Of a stretch of 55,864 nucleotides of DNA, positions 25,894 to 35,527 are shown piece by piece; position 1 is the first letter of the stretch, and each line of letters starts with the position of its first letter. The DNA comes from a virus (lineage: Duplodnaviria > Caudoviricetes): positions 1 through 55,864 of IMG/VR virus record IMGVR_UViG_3300018063_000005, one strand, 5' to 3'. Both the position numbers and the translations under genes were made by a program. The notes under the pieces were generated by a model. That model had not been told where the DNA came from and searched no databases. It saw only the letters and a program-made list of their open reading frames with translations.

Positions 25894-27729
25894 CTACGAG
25901 GCCTCCGTCTTCATGCCGAGCCTGTCGGCGAGCTGCATGCGCCTTCCGGCTCGCCGTGCGGTCTCGGCCGGCGTTTCAAATGGATCTCCGATCACTACGT
26001 AGACGATCTCGCGCGTGACCGTCGCGGCGGCCTGGCCCGTGAAGCCCGGCTGCTCGTAGCGGCCGCCTGACACATCGCTCCCCGAGCTCGTCCCGGCGCC
26101 CTCGTTGCTCTTGCGCGCTGCCTCGACGTCGGCTCGCTCCGCCGCGGTCATCCCGCGGTTCGCCCCGATGAACGCGGCCGCGGTCCCTGCAGCCGCGGCG
26201 ACGAGGCCCCAGGTGCCCGCCGAGGCGAAGTGCTTCGCGGCCGCGTCGGGGTTGTAGATGGCGAGCGAGGCGAGCCCGAGGGCGGTCTCCTTCAGCGCCT
26301 CGACGACGGCCTGCTGCCCGACGCCCGCGAGGGAATCCTGGACCATCGCGGCGATCGAGGCAGCCGAGAGGTCCGCGGTCTCCGCCGTGGTCTGCCCCTG
26401 CGCCCGCATCGCGGCCTCGTAGGCCCGCGAGCCGCGCAGCAGCTTGCCGTACTCCGCCCCCATGCTCGTGCTGAAGGATGACCACGCGCTCTTCGCGGCG
26501 TCCCGGGCGATCCGCTCTGCGGTGGCTTCCTGCGGCACGATGGCGAGGCGCTTGCGGGAGTACTCCTGCTGGATCCTGAGCTTCAGGTCCTCCTGGTCCT
26601 GGACGATCTTCAGCTGCGCGACGTACCACTCGTCCAGCTCCTGCAGCTCGCGCCCCTTCGCTTCGTTGCCGCCCGCCTCATCGAGGTACCGGTAGTGCTG
26701 TCGGAGCGCGGCGAGGTCCTTCTCGCGCTGCAGCATGCGGGCGCCGCGCTCCGACGCAAAGGCGGCCTCGGCGGCGAGCTGCTCGTCGATCTCCTCGTGC
26801 TGCGCTTTCGCCCGCAGCGTCGCCATCTCAGCGAGGCGCTGCTTCTCGCGCTCGGCCTCGGCCTTGGCGCGCTCGAGGCGCTTCTCGGCCTCGCGCTTCT
26901 CCTTCTCCTCGCGCTCCTTCCGCGCCTTCTCCGTTGCCTCCGCGGCAGCCTTGGCTGCCTCCTCCTCCGCGTAGACCTGGATCCGCTTCTTGGCGTCGGC
27001 GAGGCGCTGCTCCGCGGGCCCCATCGCCCGCTCGACGGCCGCGATCTGCGCCATCAGCGCGGCGGCCGCCGAATCCTCCCCGGCCCCGCCACCGATCGAG
27101 AGGACGTCCCGGCGGCCCTTGTGGATCGCGAGCTCGCGGTTGAGCTTCTCGAGCTCCTCGCGCTCCTTCTTCGTCGAGTCGGTGAACTGGCGCTGCGCGT
27201 CGATCATCTCGCGCTGCGACTGCGGGATGCCGGCGAGCGAGAGGTGCAGGTCCTCGAAGTGCCGGGCCTGCTTCGCCATCTCCTCGGTGTGCTTGGCGGT
27301 CGCCTCGGCCGCGGCCTTCGCGGCCTTCTCCTCCGCCTCGAGGTACTCGGTGAACCACTTCACGCCGATCGTGGCGGCCTCGATCGCCAGGCCGAGGCCG
27401 AGGCCGCCGGCGAGCCCGGCGGTGAGCCCCATCACGACGTCGTGCGCCTTCGTACCGATCGGGATGAAGCTCGCGAACTCGGAGACGAAGTACTTCGCCG
27501 TCGCGCCTTCCTGCTTCTGCTCCCGGCGGAAGTCGCGCATCCCGCCAGTGAGCTTCTCGAGGAAGCCGACCGGGTCCTGCGGCGTGCCCGGCTTCGGCAC
27601 CGGCGGCGTGAGCGGCGGGTCGTTCTCGTGCTTCTTGCGGAACCCCTTGAGCGCGGCGTCGGCCTCCTCGGTCGAGAGGCGGAATGGGAGGACGAACTCG
27701 CCGATGGTGATGGAGGCGCCGACGGTCAT
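25894..27729 (-). CDS. tail tape measure protein
   Basis: Ala/Glu/Lys-rich helical protein with hydrophobic Gly/Ala segments after frameshifted chaperones. Confidence 0.8.
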   Translation of the reverse strand: MTVGASITIGEFVLPFRLSTEEADAALKGFRKKHENDPPLTPPVPKPGTPQDPVGFLEKLTGGMRDFRREQKQEGATAKYFVSEFASFIPIGTKAHDVVMGLTAGLAGGLGLGLAIEAATIGVKWFTEYLEAEEKAAKAAAEATAKHTEEMAKQARHFEDLHLSLAGIPQSQREMIDAQRQFTDSTKKEREELEKLNRELAIHKGRRDVLSIGGGAGEDSAAAALMAQIAAVERAMGPAEQRLADAKKRIQVYAEEEAAKAAAEATEKARKEREEKEKREAEKRLERAKAEAEREKQRLAEMATLRAKAQHEEIDEQLAAEAAFASERGARMLQREKDLAALRQHYRYLDEAGGNEAKGRELQELDEWYVAQLKIVQDQEDLKLRIQQEYSRKRLAIVPQEATAERIARDAAKSAWSSFSTSMGAEYGKLLRGSRAYEAAMRAQGQTTAETADLSAASIAAMVQDSLAGVGQQAVVEALKETALGLASLAIYNPDAAAKHFASAGTWGLVAAAAGTAAAFIGANRGMTAAERADVEAARKSNEGAGTSSGSDVSGGRYEQPGFTGQAAATVTREIVYVVIGDPFETPAETARRAGRRMQLADRLGMKTEAS

Positions 27730-27740
27730 CGCTGGTCACC

Positions 27741-28121
27741 TCAGAGGGGAGCGTCGGGGAGAACGACCGGGCGGCGTGGTGCGACCTGCCGGATCCGCTC
27801 CGCCTCGCGGAGGTCGGCGGCGACGTCCAGACACCGGAGCACCTCGAGCAGGAGGGCCGGCGCGCGGACGTACGCGCGCGCGTCGAGCTTCCCGCCCGTG
27901 CGCGCGTGGAAGTCGATCCAGGCATCGAAGGTCGGGTGGAGAGCTGTGCGCGGGCAGCCGCGCCATGTAAACCGCTGGTGGAACGCCCACTCGCGCGGCC
28001 CCTCGCAGGAATCTCGCTTGCCGCTGTTGCTGGCCTGCAGGTCGCCGCTCTTGTCCTTCGCGCAGGCCGCGCAGGAGAACATGCCCCGGTCCATCAGGGC
28101 GGCGACCATCAGCCGTTTTTT
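27741..28121 (-). CDS. tail assembly chaperone, -1 frameshift extension (gpT-like)
   Basis: open -1 frame from slippery A AAA AAC (28121-28115) to stop at 27741. Confidence 0.7.
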   Translation of the reverse strand, partial: KKRLMVAALMDRGMFSCAACAKDKSGDLQASNSGKRDSCEGPREWAFHQRFTWRGCPRTALHPTFDAWIDFHARTGGKLDARAYVRAPALLLEVLRCLDVAADLREAERIRQVAPRRPVVLPDAPL

Positions 28122-28702
28122 CGCACCTCCTCGAGCTGCTGCCCGAGCACGATGAAGAGCGCGAGCTCGGCGAGGATGCGGGAGGCGGCGTAGACCTCGA
28201 TCGTCGCCTTCGCGACGACGTCGAAGGGCTCGCCGTCGAAGCGCTCGGCGGTGGTGGCGAAGGCGACCTCCGTCCCGTCGCGCCGACGCAGGCCGGCGTG
28301 CCCGCGCACGCTCCACCGGACGACCTCGCGCGCCCAGCGGAAGTCGGCGAGGGCGCGCTCCTCCAGGTCGGCGATCCCGCGGACCGAGCGGCCGAGGGCG
28401 TCGATCGCCGCCTTCTTCGCGCCAGGGATGTGCCCGACGAGGAACACCGGGCCCGAGCCGGGGAGGTAGCCAGCGAGCTCGCGCTCGGCCTCCTCGCGCA
28501 CGGCGCGCACGCGGAGCAGCTCCCGGGCAGCTGCGGCATCCGGGGCAGGGTGCTCGGGGGGCGCGGTGGCGCGGACCGCCTCCAGCTTCTCCTCCGCCTC
28601 CTTCTCGATGTGCTTCCGGATCTCGAGCCGCTGCTCGAGCACGGCCTTGCTGAAGTCGAGCTGCCACGTCTCGCTCGGATCGAGCGCGATCACGTTGTCC
28701 AT
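28109..28702 (-). CDS. tail assembly chaperone (gpG-like)
   Basis: between tail tube and tape measure; ends CGA AAA AAC GGC TGA. Confidence 0.75.
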   Translation of the reverse strand: MDNVIALDPSETWQLDFSKAVLEQRLEIRKHIEKEAEEKLEAVRATAPPEHPAPDAAAARELLRVRAVREEAERELAGYLPGSGPVFLVGHIPGAKKAAIDALGRSVRGIADLEERALADFRWAREVVRWSVRGHAGLRRRDGTEVAFATTAERFDGEPFDVVAKATIEVYAASRILAELALFIVLGQQLEEVRKNG

Positions 28703-28737
28703 GGTGGAGGCGCCCTCCGGAGGCGCCGGGGGGAGGA

Positions 28738-29925
28738 TCAGCAGAGCGCGAACGTGAACGACGGCACGCCCGCCAGGGGAGTGCGCAGGATCCGGCAGGT
28801 GAACTCGCGCGCGTCGAGCCCGTTGACCGACGTCGGCTTGACGTCCGCGATCTCGACCGTCGGCGCGACGATGACGATCGAGTTGCCCGGGCCGCCCTGC
28901 GTCATCTCAAGGAGCAGGTCGAAGGAGGTGCGAGCCCGGTACTTCGCCTCCAGCGCTGCGCACCCGTCGTTCCAGAAAGCGGTGAAAGTGAAGCCGAGCT
29001 TCACGCCACGGACGAAGAAGCCGTTCAGCCCGCCGGGACCGCCCGTGTACGGGCGCGGCTGCACGTCGTTCTGGTACGAGAGGGCGAACGAAGCGACCTT
29101 CTGCTCGGCGGCGTCGACCCAGAAACGCGACGACCTGGCGAAGACCGACGCGACGGGCAGATCGACCGCGAGCGCGGGGGGCGTCAGCACCACGCCGTCC
29201 GAGTCCGCGAAGTCGGCGAACTGGAGATCGAACTTGAACCTCATCTGCTCGTTGGCGCTGCCGCCTGCCAGCTCGAACGTCCCGAGGCCGCCGCGCAGGA
29301 ACTTGTGCCAGTTGCCCGCCGCGCCGCTCGGGTCGACGCCCTCGACGTCGGCCCAGACGTGCTGGTGCCCGTACAGCGCGCGGGTGTACCGCGCGGCCCC
29401 GTAGAGGGACGCTCCAGACCCGCCCGTCAGGAACGGGAACGCCCGGCAGACCGTGGCGTCGAGGCCCGCGACCGAACGGACCTGGCGCACGCTGTAGCGA
29501 CCCGTGCCGGGATCGACGTAGCCGATGAGCTTGCCGGGTGCGTCCAGGCGCCCGGCCGTGGCGAGCTTCGGCACGGTCACCGTTCCGCCGGCCGCGCCCG
29601 TGTCGCCCGTGTCGAGGGCCTGGGCGCCGAAGATCGACTTCAGGAGCAGGCCCGCCTCACCGTCCTTCGCCGCGACGGCCGGGCCCGCGGGCGTCCCGAA
29701 GCCGCGCGCGTCCATCTCGAGCGCGAGCGACGCAACGGGCTCTCCGAGGATGGAGGCGCTCTGCTCACCGTCCGAGGAGAGGAAGTTGCGCTCGTAGGAC
29801 TTGCGGCCGTACGCGATCTCCGCCGCGAGGACCTGGGGCTGGACGAAGCCCGTGATCGCGTCCGTGAGGATGTCGGCGGGGGAGGGCGCGATGCGGATGC
29901 GGCGGAGGTCGGTGAGGACGGGCAT
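28738..29925 (-). CDS. major tail (tube) protein
   Basis: synteny; beta-rich 395 aa; no sheath gene seen. Confidence 0.7.
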   Translation of the reverse strand: MPVLTDLRRIRIAPSPADILTDAITGFVQPQVLAAEIAYGRKSYERNFLSSDGEQSASILGEPVASLALEMDARGFGTPAGPAVAAKDGEAGLLLKSIFGAQALDTGDTGAAGGTVTVPKLATAGRLDAPGKLIGYVDPGTGRYSVRQVRSVAGLDATVCRAFPFLTGGSGASLYGAARYTRALYGHQHVWADVEGVDPSGAAGNWHKFLRGGLGTFELAGGSANEQMRFKFDLQFADFADSDGVVLTPPALAVDLPVASVFARSSRFWVDAAEQKVASFALSYQNDVQPRPYTGGPGGLNGFFVRGVKLGFTFTAFWNDGCAALEAKYRARTSFDLLLEMTQGGPGNSIVIVAPTVEIADVKPTSVNGLDAREFTCRILRTPLAGVPSFTFALC

Positions 29926-29943
29926 GACGGGACCTTTCTCGAG

Positions 29944-30396
29944 CTACATCGTGTCGCGGTAGAGGACGACCAGGTCGACGAGCAGGAGCTTCGCGGCCTC
30001 GTCGTCGCCGACGGTGATCGAGGCCTTCGCGCGGCGGACGGTCGTCCCAGCCCAGGCGCCGCGGTTGAGCGCGCGGAGGAGGTGCGCCGTGTCGCTCGCG
30101 AGCTGGCGCTCGAGGGCGCGCTCGCCGCCCCCGACGAACGGGTAGCCGATCTCGATCGCGAGCCGCGTCTCGTGGTCCGCGACGCCGACGTTCAGCACGC
30201 CCTCGCCATCGGACGAGAGGTCCCGCGTTCCGCGGAACTCGATGTCGAAGCTCCGTCGCCGGCGAGCGGCATCGGCCTCGGTGGTCTCCGAGCTCCGACG
30301 GAAGCGCGTCGCGGGATCGACCGTTGGCACGATCGCCGCGAGCTTCTTCACGAGCTCGTCCATGACCTGCTCGATCGCGGGGGGCGCGGAGGGCAT
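29944..30396 (-). CDS. putative tail terminator/completion protein
   Basis: 150 aa directly upstream of tail tube. Confidence 0.55.
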   Translation of the reverse strand: MPSAPPAIEQVMDELVKKLAAIVPTVDPATRFRRSSETTEADAARRRRSFDIEFRGTRDLSSDGEGVLNVGVADHETRLAIEIGYPFVGGGERALERQLASDTAHLLRALNRGAWAGTTVRRAKASITVGDDEAAKLLLVDLVVLYRDTM

Positions 30397-30399
30397 CGG

Positions 30400-31320
30400 C
30401 TACCTCACGATCCGCGCGAAGTGGACGTGCTGCTCGCCCTGCGCCTGCTTCGCGTCCTCGGCCGTGTCGTACCAGTCGGCGGCCTCGAGGGCTTCCTCGA
30501 GGGCGGCCTGGGCCTGCTCGCGCTTCTTCTCGGCCCACTCGACCCAGGTCGGCCCCCAGGTGTCCGCCGCGGTGGCGAGCGTCCGGAGGAGGTGCGCGAG
30601 CCGGAGGCGGTCGGGGTTCATCACCCGGTCCGCGTCCACGCCCGCGGCCGCGAGCCCGTCGAGAACGTCGTCCCAGGCCTCGGCGACGTCGTCGGTGACG
30701 ATCTCGACGTCGCCGGCGGTGCCGGGGACGCGCCCCTGGACGTCGCCCGCAGTGACCACCGGGCGGAGCACCCGGCGGCGGACCTCGTAGAGCTGATCGG
30801 CCGGAGGGTACGCCACACCCCCGAGCGAGTAGGACCACTCCGCCCGGAAGAGATACGCCGCGCCCGGGGAGCCCTGCTTCGCCGCCGTGGTCGCCGGCGC
30901 CGGCGTGTTGCCCGGCGTGAGGACGAAGGAGAGCGCCCAGCCGAGGACCTCGGAGGTCGGGGGGAGGTCGCGCCTCACGCCGCTCCGCAGCCGCACCGCT
31001 CCGTCGGCCGAGACGCCCACCACCTGGACATCCACGAGCTCGCCGTCGTCGGCCGCGCGGACGAGGTACTTCCGCCCGGGCTCCATGCCCGAGGTGTCCG
31101 CGATGATGAGCACCCTCGAACCGGCTTCGGCCTGGACGTCGAGCACCTTGTCGACGGGGTCGATGGTCGCCTCGGCGGCCTGGACCGGCGTGGGGAGCGC
31201 CTCGCCGCTCGAACGCACGCACGTCACCGTCGCCGCGGTCGGCTCGCCGCCGATGGTGGCCTCGGGCGGGTAGAAGACGAGGGTGCCGCCCTTGCCGGCG
31301 ACGAAGCGAGTTCGAGGCAT
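30400..31320 (-). CDS. putative head-tail connector protein
   Basis: position; helical adaptor-like C-terminal half. Confidence 0.45.
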   Translation of the reverse strand: MPRTRFVAGKGGTLVFYPPEATIGGEPTAATVTCVRSSGEALPTPVQAAEATIDPVDKVLDVQAEAGSRVLIIADTSGMEPGRKYLVRAADDGELVDVQVVGVSADGAVRLRSGVRRDLPPTSEVLGWALSFVLTPGNTPAPATTAAKQGSPGAAYLFRAEWSYSLGGVAYPPADQLYEVRRRVLRPVVTAGDVQGRVPGTAGDVEIVTDDVAEAWDDVLDGLAAAGVDADRVMNPDRLRLAHLLRTLATAADTWGPTWVEWAEKKREQAQAALEEALEAADWYDTAEDAKQAQGEQHVHFARIVR

Positions 31321-31339
31321 CGGGGTGTCCCTCCGTGAG

Positions 31340-31663
31340 CTACGGGCGCGGCAGGCGGCGCGGAGCCCGCTTGTGGCCGGGCACGAGCTCGAGGATCTCG
31401 GCGTGGTCGTTCACTGCGTCGCGGAGCTGCTCGACGGTCCGCTCGAGCTCGGCGCGGCCATCGATGGCTCGGAGCGTGAGCTTCCGGATGTCCTCGAGCT
31501 TCCGGTTCGTCTCGCCCTGACGGAGCGCGCTGGCGTTGTCCTCGCGCTTCTCGTGACGGTGCACGATGAGGGCGACGCCGATCGTCCCGAGGGCCACGAT
31601 GGTCAACGCGATCAGCGCGCCCACCGCCACGAGGAGAGCTGCGGGTACGACGGCTGCGTTCAT
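31340..31663 (-). CDS. membrane protein with coiled coil (lysis-cassette candidate)
   Basis: long N-terminal hydrophobic helix. Confidence 0.55.
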   Translation of the reverse strand: MNAAVVPAALLVAVGALIALTIVALGTIGVALIVHRHEKREDNASALRQGETNRKLEDIRKLTLRAIDGRAELERTVEQLRDAVNDHAEILELVPGHKRAPRRLPRP

Positions 31664-32058
31664 GGAGCCCTCGGTCGGATGATGCGGGCCTGCGGCACCG
31701 GGCGCGCGGGGAGCGGCCCCGAGATCCGGTCGAGGAGGATGGCGAAGACGCCCGCCTGCTCGTCGGCGACGCGCTCGAGCGCCTGCGTCTGGCGGCCGAT
31801 CGCCTCGGTCTGCTTGTCCATCGCCTGGACGATGGTCGCAACCTGCGCTCGATGTTGGTCCCGCTCGTCGTAGATGCTGGCTTTCGTGACGCCCCACATC
31901 TCGACGACGAGCCAGAGGACGAGGCTCGCTGCCGAGCCCGACGCCACGAGCCGGCGGGCCTTCTTGCGCGCGCCCTCATCCTGTGGGCGTTGCCCGTAGA
32001 GGATCGCCCCGAGGAGGCGCGCCAGCGACGCCCAGCCGCCAGTCGTCCGGGTCGTCAC
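31660..32058 (-). CDS. membrane protein with coiled coil (lysis-cassette candidate)
   Basis: hydrophobic AASLVLWLVVEMW segment; coupled overlaps. Confidence 0.5.
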   Translation of the reverse strand: MTTRTTGGWASLARLLGAILYGQRPQDEGARKKARRLVASGSAASLVLWLVVEMWGVTKASIYDERDQHRAQVATIVQAMDKQTEAIGRQTQALERVADEQAGVFAILLDRISGPLPARPVPQARIIRPRAP

Positions 32059-32288
32059 CGCTCGGGCTCCACCTCGACGACCGGCGGGCCCGCGATCCAC
32101 CAGCCCTTGAGAAGCCGGACCTTGACTCGCGTGAGCCGCCCGTCAGGAAGCCGGACCCACACCTCCACCTCAGCCTCCTTCGCCACCCGGTGCGGGATCG
32201 TGGGGTCCGGGATCGCCGCCCGCCTGAAGCAGCCGCTCGCGGGCGACAGCATCACCGAAGCGATGACCACGAGCACGATCTTCCGCAT
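32055..32288 (-). CDS. lipoprotein, o-spanin-like
   Basis: MRKIVLVVIASVMLSPASG-C lipobox; starts inside the upstream gene in another frame. Confidence 0.6.
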   Translation of the reverse strand: MRKIVLVVIASVMLSPASGCFRRAAIPDPTIPHRVAKEAEVEVWVRLPDGRLTRVKVRLLKGWWIAGPPVVEVEPER

Positions 32289-32388
32289 TGGGCTTCTCCT
32301 CCTCGGCAATCCTGCGCTCGGCGAGGACGTCGAGATACGCCCGCGTGCACCCGCGGGCGATAGCGTAGGCGAGGTTCTCGAGGGTCAC
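32170..32388 (-). CDS. small protein overlapping the lipoprotein gene (Rz-like arrangement)
   Basis: follows holin candidate; overlapped architecture. Confidence 0.45.
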   Translation of the reverse strand: MTLENLAYAIARGCTRAYLDVLAERRIAEEEKPNAEDRARGHRFGDAVARERLLQAGGDPGPHDPAPGGEGG

Positions 32389-32394
32389 GGCCAG

Positions 32395-32643
32395 TCAGCC
32401 CTGCGTCGGGGGAGCCTGAACGCGCGCGGCCGCCTCGGGCGTCTCGGGCACGGTGCCGCCGGTCGACTGCGCGCCCTTCGCGAAGATCATGCCCACGCCG
32501 GCCATGACGGAGGTGATGAGGACGCCGAAGTCCACGGTGGTGCTCGGGGTGCCGTCGAAGAACGCGCCGGCCGCGAGAGCGAGAGCCTGGACGATCATCA
32601 CGATGCCCAGGACGGTGAGGTTCTTCGAGGTTGCGAGCGTCAT
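32395..32643 (-). CDS. holin-like two-TM protein
   Basis: two hydrophobic helices, AAGGAG RBS. Confidence 0.65.
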   Translation of the reverse strand: MTLATSKNLTVLGIVMIVQALALAAGAFFDGTPSTTVDFGVLITSVMAGVGMIFAKGAQSTGGTVPETPEAAARVQAPPTQG

Positions 32644-32678
32644 TGCGGGGGCTCCTTGCGTGGGGAAGGTGAGACGCA

Positions 32679-33269
32679 TCACTCCTCGACGAGCTCGATG
32701 AAGGCGGCGAAGCTCGCGCCGCCCGTGGCGCCGGGGTCGCGGAGCGCGATCCCGTTCGCCGTTCCCGGCGGGACGCGGGGCGGCCGCGCGAAGCGGTGCG
32801 TGAAGTCGATGCAGATCGGCACGAAGGCCGCGAGCGCCGTGGGCACGTAGACGGGGAGGGCGGCGATCGTCGCCCCCTGCGTCCCGAGCGCAGTGGGCTT
32901 CGCCCGGATCACGCCCGAGAACGCGGCGCCGAGCCCCGCGTCCTCCCTCCCGGCCGCGGCGGTGGGCGCGCCCGCGGCCTCCGGCGTCACCGCGCCGGCC
33001 GTGCCCGCGGCGGTGGTCCGCTCGAGCAGGAGGACGCGCAGGCCGGCCGTGGTCTGGATCCCGGGCTGCGTCACGCACACGCGCAGGATGCGGACCCCCT
33101 TCTGCGCGCCGGCCTCGATGGCGATCGCGTGCGAGGCGGCCGTGTTCGCCTGCCCGGACACGGCCACGATGTAGGGCGTGCCGAGCTTGAGCGTGTCCAG
33201 GGGCTCGGCGAGGGCGGGCTGGGCGAGCGTGCACACCGCGGCGATCGCGGCGAGGAGGAAGCGGCGCAT
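32679..33269 (-). CDS. signal-peptide-bearing beta protein in the head module (decoration-like)
   Basis: MRRFLLAAIAAVCTLAQPALA-EP Sec signal; two genes after major capsid. Confidence 0.65.
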   Translation of the reverse strand: MRRFLLAAIAAVCTLAQPALAEPLDTLKLGTPYIVAVSGQANTAASHAIAIEAGAQKGVRILRVCVTQPGIQTTAGLRVLLLERTTAAGTAGAVTPEAAGAPTAAAGREDAGLGAAFSGVIRAKPTALGTQGATIAALPVYVPTALAAFVPICIDFTHRFARPPRVPPGTANGIALRDPGATGGASFAAFIELVEE

Positions 33270-33307
33270 GGGGACCTCTCGGGCTGCAGACGGGGTGCGG
33301 CGGTGGG

Positions 33308-33688
33308 CTACCGCTTGGCGACGGCGTCCTGCAGCGCCTTGCGCCGCTCGAGCGCCGCCTTGTTCCGCGCGACCTGGCGGGTCTCCCACTCGGCGCGGTC
33401 GTCGTCGTGGAAGAAGTGGCCGCTCTCCTCCATGTACGCCGCGAGCTCCTCCGGCTCCGCCTCGCGGTACCAGTCCTTCGGCTTCATCTTCGGCGGGCGC
33501 TGGGTGACGAGGAGGTCCTCGAACCGCTCGGTGCTCGCCGGGTCGAGGTTGAAGGGGATCATCCCGCCCTGGGGGTTCACGAGCAGGCGGAACTTCGGCT
33601 CGCGCTGGTGCGGGAGGACCTTCGCCGGCGTCTTCGCCTCGACGTCCTCCGCCTTCGCGCCATGCGTCGTCTTCGTCGGGTCTGCCAT
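33308..33688 (-). CDS. hypothetical head-region protein
   Basis: GGAG RBS, codon bias. Confidence 0.65.
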   Translation of the reverse strand: MADPTKTTHGAKAEDVEAKTPAKVLPHQREPKFRLLVNPQGGMIPFNLDPASTERFEDLLVTQRPPKMKPKDWYREAEPEELAAYMEESGHFFHDDDRAEWETRQVARNKAALERRKALQDAVAKR

Positions 33689-33870
33689 CGTCGTTCTCTC
33701 CGTTCTCAGGTCAAGCATCGGCAGCCGTCCTCCAGGAAGGTCTGCCGACGCGGGGGGTGCAGGTGAAGCAGTTCCAGGACGATCGCGGCCGGGGCCGGGC
33801 GGAGGTGAACCGCCGGAGACCGGAGGGGTCGCGCGATCGTCCTGGAGCCTGGGGGGAAGCGCGGGGCGGG

Positions 33871-34794
33871 TTAGCCGCGGAGCAGCTGCACCCACTCCGG
33901 CCGCGTCACCTTGATGCCGTAGAGCACGTCGCAGTTGCAGGCGAGCGCCATGGCGTCGATGTCGTACTGCATGACCACGCGGACCGCGAGGCCGCTCTCC
34001 TCGTCGAACGTCACGGAGCCCTTCGCGCCCACGCCCTCGGGCGGCGACTCCATCGGGCGCACCGCGACCTGCACGGCCTCGGGGACGAGGCCGACGTTCT
34101 GCACCGTGGCCGGCGCGCCGGCGACCACGTTGATGAGCTGCGACTCGAAGTGCTCGATGCCGTAGAGCCGGCCGACGTGGCCCTCACGGAGCGCCGAGCC
34201 CGCGTCACCGCGGGTGTTGGCGTTCGTGAACTTCGACGAGCTCGTGGTGAGCAGGGCGTTGTTGTCCTTCGTGCCCCAGATCGCCGCCTTCATGGCGGCC
34301 TGCGGGACCTTGTTGTCCGCGAAGGCCTTGCGGCTGCCGAGGACGAGCGCCTCGTCGGCCGCGGCGCCGGCGGCGCCCATGATGTTGCCGCCCGCCGCCG
34401 CGGCGACGATCGCCGCGAGCACGTCCGACTCGTACTGCTCGGCGAGCGCCCGGCCCGCCTCGAGCATCTGCTCGTCCATCGCCTTCGGGTTCGCCTGGCC
34501 GCGCGCCACGTCCTCGATCGAGAAGGGGACGACCTTGTGCTTGTTGAGCACCAGGTCCTGCCCGGTCGCGGTCGTGGTCTGGCGGGTGACGCTGGTCCCG
34601 GCGACCTTGTCGGCCGCGGTGAGCGCGCCGACCTTGTTGATCTTCACGGTGTCGCCGAGCTTCTTCACCTCGTTCTCGAAGTCGTGCTTCACGAGGCGCG
34701 CCACGATGATGTTGGCGCGGAGCTGCCGGAGGATCGAGTCGGCCCACATCGACGGGATGAGGGTCGCCCAGTCCACCTTGGTGGTGACGGCCAT
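33871..34794 (-). CDS. major capsid protein (HK97 fold)
   Basis: IPSMWADSIL, GDTVKI, GHVGRLYGIEHFES, DVLYGIKVTRPE; follows scaffold. Confidence 0.92.
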   Translation of the reverse strand: MAVTTKVDWATLIPSMWADSILRQLRANIIVARLVKHDFENEVKKLGDTVKINKVGALTAADKVAGTSVTRQTTTATGQDLVLNKHKVVPFSIEDVARGQANPKAMDEQMLEAGRALAEQYESDVLAAIVAAAAGGNIMGAAGAAADEALVLGSRKAFADNKVPQAAMKAAIWGTKDNNALLTTSSSKFTNANTRGDAGSALREGHVGRLYGIEHFESQLINVVAGAPATVQNVGLVPEAVQVAVRPMESPPEGVGAKGSVTFDEESGLAVRVVMQYDIDAMALACNCDVLYGIKVTRPEWVQLLRG

Positions 34795-34834
34795 TCAGAC
34801 ACTCCTTCTGCTGGTAGCTGCGGGGTGACCCCGG

Positions 34835-35485
34835 CTACGCCTTGATCCGGCCCTCCTTCATCGCCGCGCGGATCTCGTCGCCCGCCTTCTCCCGCTCGGA
34901 GAAGGTCATGGCCTCGATCTCGGCGACGGTGAAGGTGCGCTTCCCGCCCGGCGGCGCCGGGGTGGTCGGAGGGCGGGGCGCCGGCGCGCCGGGGTTCTGC
35001 GCGCGCAGGCCTGCGAGGAACAGCTCCTTGGACTCCAACGCCACGTCGGACGGGACGAGCTTGCGCACGTCCTCGGGCAGGGCAGCCAGATCGGCGGCGA
35101 GCTTGTCCTCGCGGGCCTTGCGGTCCGCGGCGACCTCGTCGTCGATCTCCTTCTTCAGCGTGCGCAGCTCCGTGAGCTCCTTCAGCTCGGCCGCGCGGTC
35201 GCTGGTCTGCTTCTCGTACAGCTCCTTGAACTTGCCCTGCTCGGCGAGCAGCGCGGCCGCGTCCTGCTTCTGCTTCTCCTCGATGTCGTGGAGTCGCTTG
35301 CGCAGGTTCTGGGCCTCGCGGTTCGCCTCCTGGCGATCCTTCTGCTCCCGGTCGAGCCGCGCCTTCAGCTGCTCGACGGTCTCGGCCACCGGGGCCGGGG
35401 GTGGAACCGGCTCGGGAACCACCGGCGCCGGGGCCGGAGGAGGAGTCGGGGGGGGGACGGGCGGGATCGGATCGGCTGGCGGCAT
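34835..35485 (-). CDS. capsid scaffolding protein
   Basis: Pro-rich N-terminus, coiled coil with EQGKFKELYE, IRAAMKEGRIK end. Confidence 0.85.
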   Translation of the reverse strand: MPPADPIPPVPPPTPPPAPAPVVPEPVPPPAPVAETVEQLKARLDREQKDRQEANREAQNLRKRLHDIEEKQKQDAAALLAEQGKFKELYEKQTSDRAAELKELTELRTLKKEIDDEVAADRKAREDKLAADLAALPEDVRKLVPSDVALESKELFLAGLRAQNPGAPAPRPPTTPAPPGGKRTFTVAEIEAMTFSEREKAGDEIRAAMKEGRIKA

Positions 35486-35527
35486 GGTGCTTGTCTCCCT
35501 CCAGGGGCGACGGGTGGGGTGGGACGG

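Noticed and set aside
34814-34838. Repressor operator before the capsid gene (GTAGC...GCTAC)
   Set aside because: Spacer is 15 nt rather than 6 and forms an RNA hairpin
35448-35456. Poly-G phase-variation tract
   Set aside because: Encodes prolines in the essential scaffold gene, frame intact
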